64,000 nt of DNA from an uncultured Chloroflexia bacterium (GCA_963700285.1 CAVOXA010000001.1:1504001-1568000); one strand, 5' to 3'; numbered from the stretch's first letter, positions 20,932 through 31,897 are shown. Made by a program: numbers and translations. The notes: generated from the sequence alone by a model not told the origin.

Positions 20932-22386
20932 CTACCGGGCTGGCAGTCTCGACCCAAGGGGCCCGGGTATCTGCTCGGCTGTTCCCGGCCCTACGTTCAA
21001 GTTGACCGTCTGAGTCGGGAAAGGCATATCGATGTGAGCCGCGTCGAGCGCTTGCTGCAGCGCGGTGTGCACCCGGTCGTAAATGCGGATTGTATCCTCG
21101 TACGACTCGATCCACCACCGCACGCGAAAGATCATGGCCGATTCGCCCATCTGGTTGTACAGGGCGTCCACAGGCCGGCCCGGCAGTACATCGGGTACCT
21201 GGCGGACCGTATCGATGATGATGCGACGGGCCTCTTCGATGTCGGTCCCGTAGCCGATACCAATGTCGCTCTGGACCCGGTATTCAGGATCGGGGAAGGT
21301 ATAGTTGACCACCTGGCCTTTGCTGATGGTCGAGTTGGGAACGATCACCATCCGGTTGTCGCGGGTGCGGATGCGGGTGGTACGGGTCCCGATCGCGACC
21401 ACGTCGCCCCAGGTATTCTCCTCCGAGATCTCGATCCGGTCCCCAATGCGGAAAGGCTGGTCTATCAAGATAATGAAACCGCTGATGGCATCGGAGAGCG
21501 TGTCCTGAGCGGCCAGGGAAAGGGCCAGGCCAGCAATGCCCAGCGAGGCGGTCAGAGCCGTGACGTTGACGCCAAAATGGGACAGAATGACGATGGCCCC
21601 TGTGGCGACCACAAAGACGATGGTAATGCGTCGGACCAGGGTCAGGATGGGATTCAATCGCTCCCGGTCTTCCTCCGGGACCACGCGCTGGCTGTATTGC
21701 TCGAAGCCAAGGTTGATGAGACGGAAGGCGATCACGATCAGGAGAACCCCTCCCGCAAGAAAGTAGATATCCCTCAGAGCCTGCTTTACCTCAGCCGATA
21801 CGAACCCCAGGCGCTGGGTGGCAAAGGATAGGGCCAAGATCACGATCAGCCACCTGATGTGCGGGCCGGCGGCGGCCAGGGCCTGGTTGTCAAACTCGGA
21901 TGGACTGCGCCGTACCAGGCGCCGGAGAGCAACCCACAGCAGCCATGAGGCCAGCAGATAGGCGCCCATCACAATCAAGATCGAGACCGCAAGGTTGATC
22001 CACTCTTCGCCGGTCAGGCCCAGAAACTCCACCCTGTTGAGGCCTGTTGCCTCGGCGATCTGTGCTACCCCTGTCTCGAGGGCGCCCTCAGTCGCCGTTG
22101 GGACCGGCGTTCGCTCCTCAATGATCCCGGGTCCCCCACCGTTTGAGGACCCTTCTGCGGTGGGTTCCACCGTGCCATCATCACTTGAGGGCTCTATCTC
22201 CTGCGCGAAGGCGACGTTTCCGCCGGCACGAGACGGCTGCTCCGCTGGCGCTGAGGCCTGAGAGATGCTACCTACATCCGGCTCAGGGGGCGCTGTCGTC
22301 ACAGAGACTTGACCCACAAAGATGATGGGTACAAGCAGAAAAAGAGCTGCTGCCGCGGCCAAAAACCTAGCCAGTCTAGTCGCCAT
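20932..22386 (-). CDS. MscS family mechanosensitive channel
   Basis: GLALSLAAQDTLSD..DQPFRIGDRI..IVPNS..MPFP. Confidence 0.92.
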   Translation of the reverse strand: MATRLARFLAAAAALFLLVPIIFVGQVSVTTAPPEPDVGSISQASAPAEQPSRAGGNVAFAQEIEPSSDDGTVEPTAEGSSNGGGPGIIEERTPVPTATEGALETGVAQIAEATGLNRVEFLGLTGEEWINLAVSILIVMGAYLLASWLLWVALRRLVRRSPSEFDNQALAAAGPHIRWLIVILALSFATQRLGFVSAEVKQALRDIYFLAGGVLLIVIAFRLINLGFEQYSQRVVPEEDRERLNPILTLVRRITIVFVVATGAIVILSHFGVNVTALTASLGIAGLALSLAAQDTLSDAISGFIILIDQPFRIGDRIEISEENTWGDVVAIGTRTTRIRTRDNRMVIVPNSTISKGQVVNYTFPDPEYRVQSDIGIGYGTDIEEARRIIIDTVRQVPDVLPGRPVDALYNQMGESAMIFRVRWWIESYEDTIRIYDRVHTALQQALDAAHIDMPFPTQTVNLNVGPGTAEQIPGPLGSRLPAR

Positions 22387-22883
22387 TTAACACCTCCCCC
22401 TGAACTATGGTTGGTCGTGCACGCGGCGCCCACTCCCTGGATCTGGCGCACGCCTCTTGGCGACAGCAGCGGCTTTGACCCGTGCACTCTGGTGTAGCCG
22501 CTGTGCGTCAACCCACTGCTGCGTATGGGGAGTGTAGCACACCTCAGGGCAGGCTGTCAAGCCTCCGTCGATGACATCGCCTGCCCTTCCGAAACCCATT
22601 GGCGCCCAGGGATGGACTGAGGTCCGCACCAGTTGGGGGACGGGTGGCGCGGGGACACGGTCCGATGAGTGGGCTGAAGCGAAACGGTTCTACAGGGAAG
22701 AACCGATGAGCCCTGACTTGGCAAAATAGCCATGTTCCCTTATAATCGGGCTGTTCGTGGTGGCTGGCAGATTGCTGCCTGTCAAGGGCGATTCTGAATC
22801 ACTCTGCCGGACAAGTGCCGCAAATGCTGCTGCTGCTGCCAGATGTGGCCTGCGGCTTGCAGATAAACTCAACTGGGAGAATC

Positions 22884-23603
22884 ATGAACATGGAGCGGAA
22901 CGGAGTACCCGAATCAGCAATGGTTATCGTCGCCCATCCAGACGACGCCGAGTTCACAATGGCCGGTACCGTGGCCGCCTGGACCAACTCTGGCTGCTGC
23001 GTGACCTATGTCATCTGTACCGACGGCAATGCGGGCTCCCAGGAACCGGGCATGACCCGCGAGAGGTTGGCCGATATCCGTCGTGGCGAACAACGGGCGG
23101 CCTGCCAGGTCCTGGGCGTGCGCGACGTCGTTTTCCTGGGCTACGACGATGGGCTCCTGCAGCCAACGCTGGACCTCAGGCGCGATCTGGTGGCCGCCAT
23201 CCGGAAGTACAAGCCGGAAGTGGTTCTGACAGGAGACCCGACCAGAATGTACTCCGGCGTTCGCTACATCAACCATCCGGACCATCGCGCCGCCGCGCAG
23301 GCTGCCGTGGACGCCGTCTGGCCAACGAGTGGCATGCCCCTGTTGTGGCCTGAGCTTGGCCCCCCGCACCGGCCCATGCAGGTTTACATATCCGGTAATA
23401 GCGAGCCCAACGTCTGGGTGGACATCACAGAGACCATTGAGCAAAAGATCTCGGCCCTGCGGCAGCACGCCAGCCAGTTGGGGGACTGGGACCCTACAGA
23501 CCGGATCAAGGAGTGGAGCGCTGAAGCGGGCAAGGAGCAGGGTATGGCCCACGCCGAGGCATATTTGGTGATTACACTGCGGCAGCCGGAGGCGGGGGAT
23601 TAG
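22884..23603 (+). CDS. PIG-L/LmbE family deacetylase
   Basis: AHPDDAE, TDGNAG, HPDH, HASQ. Confidence 0.92.
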   Translation: MNMERNGVPESAMVIVAHPDDAEFTMAGTVAAWTNSGCCVTYVICTDGNAGSQEPGMTRERLADIRRGEQRAACQVLGVRDVVFLGYDDGLLQPTLDLRRDLVAAIRKYKPEVVLTGDPTRMYSGVRYINHPDHRAAAQAAVDAVWPTSGMPLLWPELGPPHRPMQVYISGNSEPNVWVDITETIEQKISALRQHASQLGDWDPTDRIKEWSAEAGKEQGMAHAEAYLVITLRQPEAGD

Positions 23604-23613
23604 CGCCACGCAC

Positions 23614-23647
23614 AGACCTGGCGGGTTGCGGAAAACCTGCCAGGTCG
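23614..23647. repeat. REP-like palindrome pair
   Basis: AGACCTGGCGGGTTGCGGAAAACCTGCCAGGTCG, same ACCT-N3-AGGT type as 11329. Confidence 0.55.
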
Positions 23648-23706
23648 AGATTGCGGACAGGGAGTCTGCCGGGGCAGGCTTTCGTCTGCCCCGGTCTTGG
23701 CTTTGG

Positions 23707-26028
23707 CTACTTGTAGTTTCTCGTCGCCAGCGGCAGCAGTGCGCGGTCCAGCATCAGCCACACCTCCCCGCCATTGGCCCAGTTCTGCGTGCCGATGTAG
23801 AGGTGGTTCTCGAAGGTGGTCAGGCTGTTGTTCCAGTACGGGCCGCCATTGTTGCTGTCACCGAAGCCGGCAGAGCCCATCTGCAGCCAGTTGGTCCCCT
23901 TGCCCTTGAATTCGAAGAGGTCGTTGATGCCCTCGTTGGCCTCGGAGCCAAAACCGCCGGTCATCACCGCCGTCCACTGGCTGCCGAAGCGCCACAGTTG
24001 GGCCCCCGCCCAGTTGTGGGTCCCGGCGTAGAGCTGCCAGCCAAAGGGAGCCAGGCTCAGAACACGGCTGTTTGCCAGCTCGCCAAAGCCATTGAGGTTG
24101 CTCTGGCGCCAGCCTGGCACACCGGGGGCGAACTTCTGGACGCGGTGGTTTTCCGAGTCGGCGATGTAGAGGCTGCCCGTGGCATCAAGCCCCACGCCGG
24201 TTGGATTTTGAGTCTCACCGCTTCGTTGCCCATAGCTGCCGCCGATGGTGGTCAGGTAAGCGCCCTTCTGGTCAAAGACCTGGATCCGCGCGTTCCACTC
24301 GTCGGCAACAAAGACGCGGCCCGCTTTGTCCACGGCGACGTCGGTCGGGTGGCGAAAGTGCCCAAAGTAATCGCCTTGCTCCCCGGTGACGCCGGCGAAG
24401 GTCGTACAGGCACCTGTCAGGCTGCATTTTTGCACGCGGAGGTTGTCGGTGTCGGCCACAAAGATGCTCCCCGCATCGTCCACGGCTACGCCCTGTGGCC
24501 CGTTGAAGTGCTGGTTATCCGAGCCCGCCACGCCGGTCATACCCAGGGTGGCTACGTAGAAGCGCTTGTCGTCGTAGACTTGCACGCGGTGGTTCCAGGT
24601 GTCAGCGACATAGATGTAGCCGTTCGCGCTGACAAAGACGCCCTGAGGGTCTTTGAACTGGTTGTTGCCGGTGCCCCATTCCCCTCCGACGGTAGCGAGG
24701 TAGGCGCCGGCGCTGCTGTAGATCTGGATGTGGTTGTTGCACCGGTCGGCTACGTAGATGCGACTTGCAGCGTCGGTGACGACGCCCTGCGGCCAGCAGA
24801 AACGGTCCTCACCCCAGCCATTATTACCAGGGCTGCCGATGGTGAACTGTGGAATCCCCTGGGGATTCAGCTTGATCACGCGCTGCCCGTTTGACTCGAC
24901 GATGATGATGTCTCCTGAGGGATCGATCGCCACATCACGCGGTTGTGTGTAGTGCAGGTTGTCGGTCAGGTAGGGCACGCTGGTGACGCCAAAGGTGCGC
25001 ACATAGGCGCGGTTGCTGTCGAACATCTGCACCCGGTGGCTGCCCGTGTCGGCCACGAAGAGATTTCCCTTCCGGTTCACAGCCACGGCCGTGGCCCAGC
25101 CAAAGTGATCGTTGTCGTCGCCCCACTCGTTGCTGACGCCCAGAGTGGCCTCATGGGAGAGAGTCGGGTAGGCGGAGAAGATCTGGACCCGGTGGTTCTC
25201 CTCGTCGGCCACATAGATGCGGCCCTTGTCGTCAACTGCAACGCCGCGTGGCGTGCAGAACTGGTTGTTGGCAGTTCCGCAGGAACCGGTCGTGCCCAGG
25301 GTCGCCGTGCAGCTACCATCGGTGTCAAAGACCTGAACCCGATGGTTTCCCGTGTCGCCCACAAAAAACGTACCTGCACCATCGGTGGCTATGCCCTGCG
25401 GCCAGCAGACGTGGTCGTTGTCCGAGTTGCAGTTCCAGGTTTCCCCCAACTGGCTGACATACTCCCCGCTGGAGTTCCAGGTGGAGACCCGGCTCGCGCT
25501 TTCGGCGATCCAGATGTTGCCGTCGCCATCCACCAGCAGGTGGTTAGGCCACCCTAGACGGCCGGACTCGTCGACGAGCGATAAACCAGCCTGCCCAATG
25601 GACATCAGAAACACCCCCTCTGGCCTGTACTTTATCATCCGTTGGCCATTGTTCTCGGTGATGTAGACGTTGCCCTTCGCGTCGGTGGCCACGCCGCCCG
25701 GGCGGAACAGGTGAGCGTTGTCGACCAGGTAGGGGACCAGGGGCTGGCCAAAGGTCCGTTCGTAGCGAAAGCTCAGGCCGGGCTCACCGAGGGGAACGGC
25801 CCTCATCCGTGAAGACTGTGCGCCTGGTTGGTCGGAATGGGCCGGACGCGGTAAGAACCAGTCAGGGTACGGATCCCAGCCAAATGCCGGCTGTGGTGGC
25901 TGCCCGGCGAAGGGTGGGGCCCCCGGCACCGGCAGCTCCTGGGGAGCGGCCAATGCGGATAGAAACGGTGTCAGCAGCAGGAGAAGGCTGGCCAGGATGG
26001 CCGCGGCAACGCGATTTCGTTTTTTCAT
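23707..26028 (-). CDS. Secreted NHL-repeat beta-propeller protein
   Basis: Signal peptide; ~12 P-x-G-V-A-V-D..YVAD..NHRVQ repeats; tail LLPLATR. Confidence 0.9.
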   Translation of the reverse strand: MKKRNRVAAAILASLLLLLTPFLSALAAPQELPVPGAPPFAGQPPQPAFGWDPYPDWFLPRPAHSDQPGAQSSRMRAVPLGEPGLSFRYERTFGQPLVPYLVDNAHLFRPGGVATDAKGNVYITENNGQRMIKYRPEGVFLMSIGQAGLSLVDESGRLGWPNHLLVDGDGNIWIAESASRVSTWNSSGEYVSQLGETWNCNSDNDHVCWPQGIATDGAGTFFVGDTGNHRVQVFDTDGSCTATLGTTGSCGTANNQFCTPRGVAVDDKGRIYVADEENHRVQIFSAYPTLSHEATLGVSNEWGDDNDHFGWATAVAVNRKGNLFVADTGSHRVQMFDSNRAYVRTFGVTSVPYLTDNLHYTQPRDVAIDPSGDIIIVESNGQRVIKLNPQGIPQFTIGSPGNNGWGEDRFCWPQGVVTDAASRIYVADRCNNHIQIYSSAGAYLATVGGEWGTGNNQFKDPQGVFVSANGYIYVADTWNHRVQVYDDKRFYVATLGMTGVAGSDNQHFNGPQGVAVDDAGSIFVADTDNLRVQKCSLTGACTTFAGVTGEQGDYFGHFRHPTDVAVDKAGRVFVADEWNARIQVFDQKGAYLTTIGGSYGQRSGETQNPTGVGLDATGSLYIADSENHRVQKFAPGVPGWRQSNLNGFGELANSRVLSLAPFGWQLYAGTHNWAGAQLWRFGSQWTAVMTGGFGSEANEGINDLFEFKGKGTNWLQMGSAGFGDSNNGGPYWNNSLTTFENHLYIGTQNWANGGEVWLMLDRALLPLATRNYK

Positions 26029-26454
26029 GTAGCACCTCCTTGTGAAGGAACTCGAGGGACCATCAGCTCGCAGATTCTTGGGTCAGGTGCTGCCCTGTGT
26101 GTGGTGTGTCACCTCCTTCCCCGTATGATCCAACTGTGGGCTTACGTTCAGACCGGAAGTTGGCTCTCACCAGGCCTAGCGAGGGCTGAACCAACCCTGC
26201 AAGGGATCCTGTCCAGGCAACGACGGATCGTCATTTCAAGCATCTCCGCCACCAGGGTTGTTGCCAGACCTCCTGGCGTCATGTGGCACGGGTCGGTGTA
26301 CCAGCGACCCGGACGGTGTTACGTAGGAATGAAGCATGTCTCTTGCCGTGAGGGCTGCAATGTGGGTGGATGAAATAGACTAGGCAGGGACACATCAATG
26401 CCGCGTCTGTGTTGAACCCCCCGAAGGCCCGATCACCCGGCAAATTGTCGTCGG

Positions 26455-27530
26455 TCAGCAGCAGCGTGTCGCGAATTGTCTCGAACTAGAATCGTAATCG
26501 AGCTGAGCGCTTAGCAGGCCATTGCTGGCCACAACATCGGTAACAGTGAAGGATGCGCGGATGTCGGCGCTATTACGCCAGGTGCCACCCCAGGACTTGC
26601 CCAGACCAGTTACATCCCACGTGGCCTGCCAGTCCATGTTGACGATAGCGGCTCGGTTATTCTCCAGATAGTCGTACCCATCACCGTACGACTGGACACC
26701 TGGGTCAACCCCCAGGGCCTTGTGCCTCGCGTAGCTAATGTAGCCCAGTTTGTCGCTGTGCCCGTGGCCGCCACCGTGGGGCCGAAAGTCGAAGGCCAAG
26801 TAGCGAGGATTTTCTGGCGGTCCAGCGCGAAGCACCGCGAACCCCGCCTCTGGGAGCAGAATACTCTCCGTTGGGGCCGCGATGCTGCCGACCGGCAAGG
26901 ATTCGGCTCCCCAGAGCAGAGCCTGCCAGGGTCTTCTGATCCATGACCAAGGCGGCATCAGTTTTACGTCTTGGTAGCGCCTGTATCCGATCTCGTAACA
27001 CCAGTTGCTGTAGCCCTCGCCTGCCATCCCACCCCATGAGTGATCGTTGAACTGAGATAGAGTGCGGTCTGGGTCTGGAGCGACTACCTCCAGGAGGTTG
27101 CGAACATGGCACGCAGCGTAGGATGAAAGTAGGTATTCAGTCCAGCGCGCTGTCCTAACTCGGCCAGATACAGCAACGAACTCAGTGCGATCAAGTGGTA
27201 CCCCCAGGTACCCTCCGACCAGAAACCGTCGGGAGCGCCTTGGGCAAAATGGGTAAAGAAGCCACCCTCTTCATCGTAAAAGGTATTGGACACAAGGCCA
27301 GGGTCCTCCAGGAGCCGGCCCGCAACTGCAAGAGCTACGTTGTGCTGAGCCTGCCAATTGCTCAATCCCCAATGCTGATCGGCGATTAGCTCCGCAGCCG
27401 GACGGAGCAGCCTGTCAGCGATGGCCCTCCGGTCGTCAGGCAAAAGCATGTCGCTGGAGGCGGCCAAATCATGAGCCCAGGCAATATCGACCAGCCATCT
27501 TGCTTCGTGAAAGGTGGTAGTCGTTCAGGT
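26455..27530 (-). pseudogene. Fragmented heparinase II/III / oligo-alginate lyase-like gene
   Basis: SNWQAQHN, DGFWSEGTWGYH, PHGGGHGHSDKL motifs spread over broken frames, far shorter than a full enzyme. Confidence 0.7.
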
Positions 27531-27629
27531 AGCGGTATAGTGCACCCGGTGACCGACTTTGCAGTAGTCCCATGCAGGCGCGGTCCAACGTTGTCATTCC
27601 ATTCCTAATATGGTATACTCTATTCTACA

Positions 27630-28040
27630 ATGGATGAATCAGAGAGCGCCATTGGCGAGGCGGTTCGAATATACCTGGACGGTGCCCGGAACGCCTTGCT
27701 GAGCGCAGAGTATAACCTGGATGGTGATTTCTACGGGGTTGCAGTCAACCGGGCGTACTATGCCTTCTTCTACGCCGCCACGGCCCTGCTCCTCACGTTA
27801 GACATCACTCGCAGCAGACACGCGGGCGTTCTGGCTGCCTTTCGAGAGTACTTTGTCAAGCCGGACATCTTTCCGACTCAGGATAGCCACGCATATGGGG
27901 AATCCTTTGAGCTACGAAACGTCACAGATTACGAGATGTTGGGGCATGCAGATCCTGCCCAGGCCCGAGCGGCAGTCGAGGGTGCGCGCCGGTTCATAGA
28001 GCGCTGTGAGGCGCATCTGACTGGAGAAGGCTCCCCATGA
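27630..28040 (+). CDS. HEPN domain protein (UPF0332 type)
   Basis: AVNRAYYAFFYAA, HAGV, RNVTDY. Confidence 0.88.
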   Translation: MDESESAIGEAVRIYLDGARNALLSAEYNLDGDFYGVAVNRAYYAFFYAATALLLTLDITRSRHAGVLAAFREYFVKPDIFPTQDSHAYGESFELRNVTDYEMLGHADPAQARAAVEGARRFIERCEAHLTGEGSP

Positions 28041-28408
28041 GAACAGAGTCCGTAGCCCTCCTGACACCAGGCGAGCGGGCAGCAGTAGCAGAGTACGTCG
28101 CCCAGGTTCAGCGTCGTTTCCCTGACCGTGTCCTGGCCGTGTCCCTCTTTGGCTCCAAAGCGCGTGGAGATGCTGGCTCAGAATCGGACATTGATCTTTT
28201 GGTCGTAGTGGACAAGGAGGACCGCAGGTTCACTTCTGACCTATGGCGTATCGCCTCCGACCTGTCTCTGGAATACAACGTCGTACTCTCGGTGCGCGTG
28301 TTTGCCCAGGCCCGCTGGGCAGAGGCCCGGCGGATTCGCTTGCCTCTGGCTCGTGCGTTCGAGGCTGACGGCATCCCCCTGACAGGGTGGCCTTCCCCTA
28401 CGACTTAG
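28037..28408 (+). CDS. Minimal nucleotidyltransferase (MNT)
   Basis: LFGSKARG..SDIDLLVV; ATGA overlap with HEPN. Confidence 0.88.
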   Translation: MRTESVALLTPGERAAVAEYVAQVQRRFPDRVLAVSLFGSKARGDAGSESDIDLLVVVDKEDRRFTSDLWRIASDLSLEYNVVLSVRVFAQARWAEARRIRLPLARAFEADGIPLTGWPSPTT

Positions 28409-28586
28409 CTGCTTTCGCCCTGCCTGCATCGCTCATTTCGCGGGAACTGCTTCAAGACATAGGAAAGGCTGTTTGTGCATGGTTGCCTCTGCCCACGACG
28501 TGTAGTACAGCCACCACCGACCAGATCTCAGCAAACGCGATATCGGCTCATTGCGCCTTTCGCCCTTCTCGTGCCCACAAGGAAAC

Positions 28587-28905
28587 CTGTCTGGCGGATT
28601 TCACGGTCGTATCCTGCGCGTCAATCTGACGGACAGCCAGATCAGCGTCGAGACCCCTGACGAGGCATTCTACCGGCGTTACCTGGGCGGCGCGGGCCTG
28701 GCCGCCTACTACCTGCTCAAGGCGGATGACCGGCTTTCCTGCGAATGGCCGAGCCACTGAGTCCTGACGGAGCGGGAGATCCCGTCGGCGCTCCTTTTGA
28801 TCCTGCTGCCCTTGAAGCAGCCCTGCCGTTCTATCATGAAATGGTGGACTGGGGCTCGGAAACGGGCGTGCCACGCCCTGCCAAGCTGTTCGAGCTGGGC
28901 GTTGG
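28587..28905 (+). pseudogene. Internally deleted aldehyde:ferredoxin oxidoreductase
   Basis: N-terminus GGFHGRILRVNLT..YLGGAGLA fused to C-terminus DDRL..FYHEMVDW..TGVPRPAKLFELGV. Confidence 0.8.
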
Positions 28906-29120
28906 AGCAACTGGAGACCTGACAGTCGTGGCCCCTGGCTGGCAGTGGCGCATGTTGCAGGCATTCAGTCACGGACAGAACTCGCGCCTGGTGGCTGCCA
29001 TCGGGGGTTTGACCTCTGGAGACCGCTGTACTGGTCAGATCGGTGAGAGCCTGAAGCGAAGGGCCAGTCTCGTGTTCCAGGCGGTGATCAACCGGCGGGC
29101 CAAGTGCGGCTAGCTTCCGC

Positions 29121-29837
29121 TTAGGCCTGGCATAGCACCTGCTGATCAAAGCTCTCCAGCAGGGCAGGCAACAATCCGATGTGCTCCAGTTCTACATAAT
29201 CGATTGACGGCTCGTGCTGCATCTCCACGCTCTCATGCGCCCAGGTGAGGGGATAGGGGATGTGGACAGCCTGTGCCCCCAGGGCGACGACGGGAAGCAC
29301 GTCGGAGCGGAGCGAGTTTCCTACCATCAGGAACCGCCCGGCAGGAATCTGATACTTTTGCAGGAGCGAGGCATAGACCTCGGTTGACTTGTCTGCCACG
29401 ATCTCGATGTGGCGAAAGTAGCCTCCCAAACCTGAGCGGGCAAGCTTGGTCTCCTGGTCCAGCAGGTCGCCCTTGGTGATGAGCATCAGCCGGTGCCTTG
29501 ACGCCAATTCCGGGATTACCTCCGCGACGTGGTCCAGGAGTTGAACGGGTGCGTTCAGCATCTCTTTGGCCAGGTTCAGGATCTCCTGAACCTCGCTGGC
29601 CAGGATGCGGCCCCCGGTGAGCTGGATGGCAGTCTCTATCATTGACAGGGTAAAGCTCTTGATACCGTAGCCGTAGAACTGTAGGTTCTGCATTTCGGTC
29701 TCATAGAGCGCCTGTTGGCTCCAAGTCCCCTGGTCGTAGCGGGCTAGCAGTTCCCGGAAGCGCTCTTGTGTGATGGAATAGAGGGTTTCGTTGTGCCACA
29801 GTGTGTCGTCAGCGTCAAGGGCGATGACGTCGATCAT
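29121..29837 (-). CDS. HAD family hydrolase
   Basis: DADDTLW, TKGD, MVGNSLRSD. Confidence 0.92.
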   Translation of the reverse strand: MIDVIALDADDTLWHNETLYSITQERFRELLARYDQGTWSQQALYETEMQNLQFYGYGIKSFTLSMIETAIQLTGGRILASEVQEILNLAKEMLNAPVQLLDHVAEVIPELASRHRLMLITKGDLLDQETKLARSGLGGYFRHIEIVADKSTEVYASLLQKYQIPAGRFLMVGNSLRSDVLPVVALGAQAVHIPYPLTWAHESVEMQHEPSIDYVELEHIGLLPALLESFDQQVLCQA

Positions 29838-29850
29838 GGATATCCCCCGG

Positions 29851-30282
29851 CTAGCTCTTCAGATTCATCATCACCAGGCCAGCAGCGCAGACCAGGATGC
29901 CAGCGACATTGAGCGGTGACAGCTTTTCCCTGAACAGCGACAGGCCGACGGGGATCAGCAGGAGGGTCATGGTCGCATTTACAAAGATGGCGGCTACGCT
30001 AATCCTCCAGCCGGACCGATAGGCCAGCAAATAGCCAGCCTCCAAACCCACCAGGGCGAGTGCCAAAACGTAGCTGGCCCAATTCAGTTGCTTGAATGCT
30101 TCCACGATCCCTGTTTTGAGTGGAAAGAAGGGCAGCAGGCACAGACTGAGGATCATCGCCAGCCCATAGGTAACGACCAGAGAGATGGCGGGGTTGACGT
30201 GGCCTGGCGTCACCTTCAGCACCACGTGGTACATGACCGAGGCGGCGATGGTTAAGACGATGGAGAAGTAAAAGAGGACCAT
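29851..30282 (-). CDS. EamA/DMT-like small transporter
   Basis: Five TM segments, FREKLS..GI. Confidence 0.8.
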   Translation of the reverse strand: MVLFYFSIVLTIAASVMYHVVLKVTPGHVNPAISLVVTYGLAMILSLCLLPFFPLKTGIVEAFKQLNWASYVLALALVGLEAGYLLAYRSGWRISVAAIFVNATMTLLLIPVGLSLFREKLSPLNVAGILVCAAGLVMMNLKS

Positions 30283-30439
30283 GGGTGAAGCTCCTTAGGC
30301 TTGCGGCGAATGCCAAAGCTGGCCTGGCTAGATGGCAAAAGTCCGGTGAAGGCCTGCAAAAGTCCAGACCACTCGTCGGGCTTGGGTAGGTCAAAGATGC
30401 TGCCGGCAAAGAGTCGGAATTGTCAGTGCGCCACCAGAC

Positions 30440-31897
30440 TCAGCCCGCGGCTATCTCTGCCTCTGCCTGCCGCTTGAGTCGACTCAGTGCGGCCAGGACG
30501 TCGCCAGGCAGAGGCGGGACCTGATGATTCTGGTCTATCTCTTCCAGCTTTTCCCGGATCCGCTGGTTGATGTCCTTGGCGCCGTCGGCCTGCCAGATAG
30601 AGTAGTCATGTCGGGCCAACAGGCTGGGACGCCACAGCTCCTGCCGGAACCGGCGATAAGTATGGTCTTCCTGCAAAAAGTGACCTCCCGGGCCGACCTT
30701 TTCCACGACATCCACAGCCAGGGTACCGGCATCGACTTCGATCCCCCGGCAGAAGCGTTTGGCCATGCCAATCGCTTCGTTGCCCAGGACCAGCATCTCT
30801 GTGGAGCAGACCATAGCCGAGTCCATGTAGCCTACATCGTGGATCAGGTTCAGGCCAGCCAGACCCTGGGCCAAAATGGAAAAAGCGCTCTCCATCCCGG
30901 CCTGAGGATCCAAAACCTTGGAATCAGTCGCACCCGCCAGTCCCCAGGTGGGCAGGCCCATGGACCGAGCAACCTCTGCCTGCCCGGCAAGGGCCAGGCT
31001 CATTTCTGGCGCAGCTACCGTCAACTGAGTGGTAGACATGTCAAACACCGACATGTTGGCGCCCAAGACACAGGGTGCACCAGGCCTGCGCAATTGGGCC
31101 AGAACCACGCCCATGAGCGATTCAGCCACAACCTGGGCGATGGCTCCGGCCAGGGTCACTGGACCGGTGGCGCCGAACTGGACCGACGGTCCTGGGATCT
31201 GGGGCATGAACAGATCGGCCGAAATAAAGATCCGTTCAACGACCTCGTCAGGGTATACCAGGGGGGAGATGGGTTCCGGATAGGCTAGCAGGAAGGGCCG
31301 CTCCCTTAGTTCATCCAGGCCGCCGGCAATTTCAGCCGCCATCTCGTAGACCCGCTCCGAGCCACGAGCAGAGTAGCCGATGAATACGACGGGCTTGGTG
31401 GTGTTGGTGACGACGGCCTCGAATTCATAAACGTCAGCCGCCAGGGCAGGAACGTCCTGGGATGAGCCCATGGGCATCACCCAGTCGATATCTGGCAGTG
31501 CATCCGCGACCTTGGCCCCAAAGGCAATGTCCGCTACCAGGGTTCCGCGGATCTCACCTGTGAACGCGTCCCGGGTCCTGGGACTGGCCGTCGACGTGCC
31601 GTAGTAGCTTTTCCGCCCTTCAACTTCCATGGCCCGGTTGCCATCGCGGTCAAAGATCACAAAGCCCTTGGGGGCTGTCCGGATACACTCCTCAACGATG
31701 TGCTGTGGTACCTTCACCCGTTCCTCCTTGACCAGGGCGCCGGCCTGCTTGAGCAGTGCCCTGGCCCCTTGGTGAAGGACGGTGCAACCGGTGTGTTCCA
31801 GGATGTCCAGAGCGGCTCGCTTGATCGCCCAGACCTGTGCGTCGTCCAAGACACGAAAGTGTACCGAACTCGATCGAGGGAATGCGGTTTGAATCAT
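30440..31897 (-). CDS. Trimethylamine methyltransferase (MttB) superfamily, non-pyrrolysine
   Basis: ISPL, GATGPVTLAG, GATDSK..D.QAG.E, IHDVG, GPGGHFL; no internal TAG. Confidence 0.92.
   Translation of the reverse strand: MIQTAFPRSSSVHFRVLDDAQVWAIKRAALDILEHTGCTVLHQGARALLKQAGALVKEERVKVPQHIVEECIRTAPKGFVIFDRDGNRAMEVEGRKSYYGTSTASPRTRDAFTGEIRGTLVADIAFGAKVADALPDIDWVMPMGSSQDVPALAADVYEFEAVVTNTTKPVVFIGYSARGSERVYEMAAEIAGGLDELRERPFLLAYPEPISPLVYPDEVVERIFISADLFMPQIPGPSVQFGATGPVTLAGAIAQVVAESLMGVVLAQLRRPGAPCVLGANMSVFDMSTTQLTVAAPEMSLALAGQAEVARSMGLPTWGLAGATDSKVLDPQAGMESAFSILAQGLAGLNLIHDVGYMDSAMVCSTEMLVLGNEAIGMAKRFCRGIEVDAGTLAVDVVEKVGPGGHFLQEDHTYRRFRQELWRPSLLARHDYSIWQADGAKDINQRIREKLEEIDQNHQVPPLPGDVLAALSRLKRQAEAEIAAG

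Noticed and set aside
2679-24894. Long antisense ORFs (2679..4106, 15863..18001, 23626..24894 and others)
   Set aside because: Shadows of GC-rich genes on the opposite strand; no recognisable motifs
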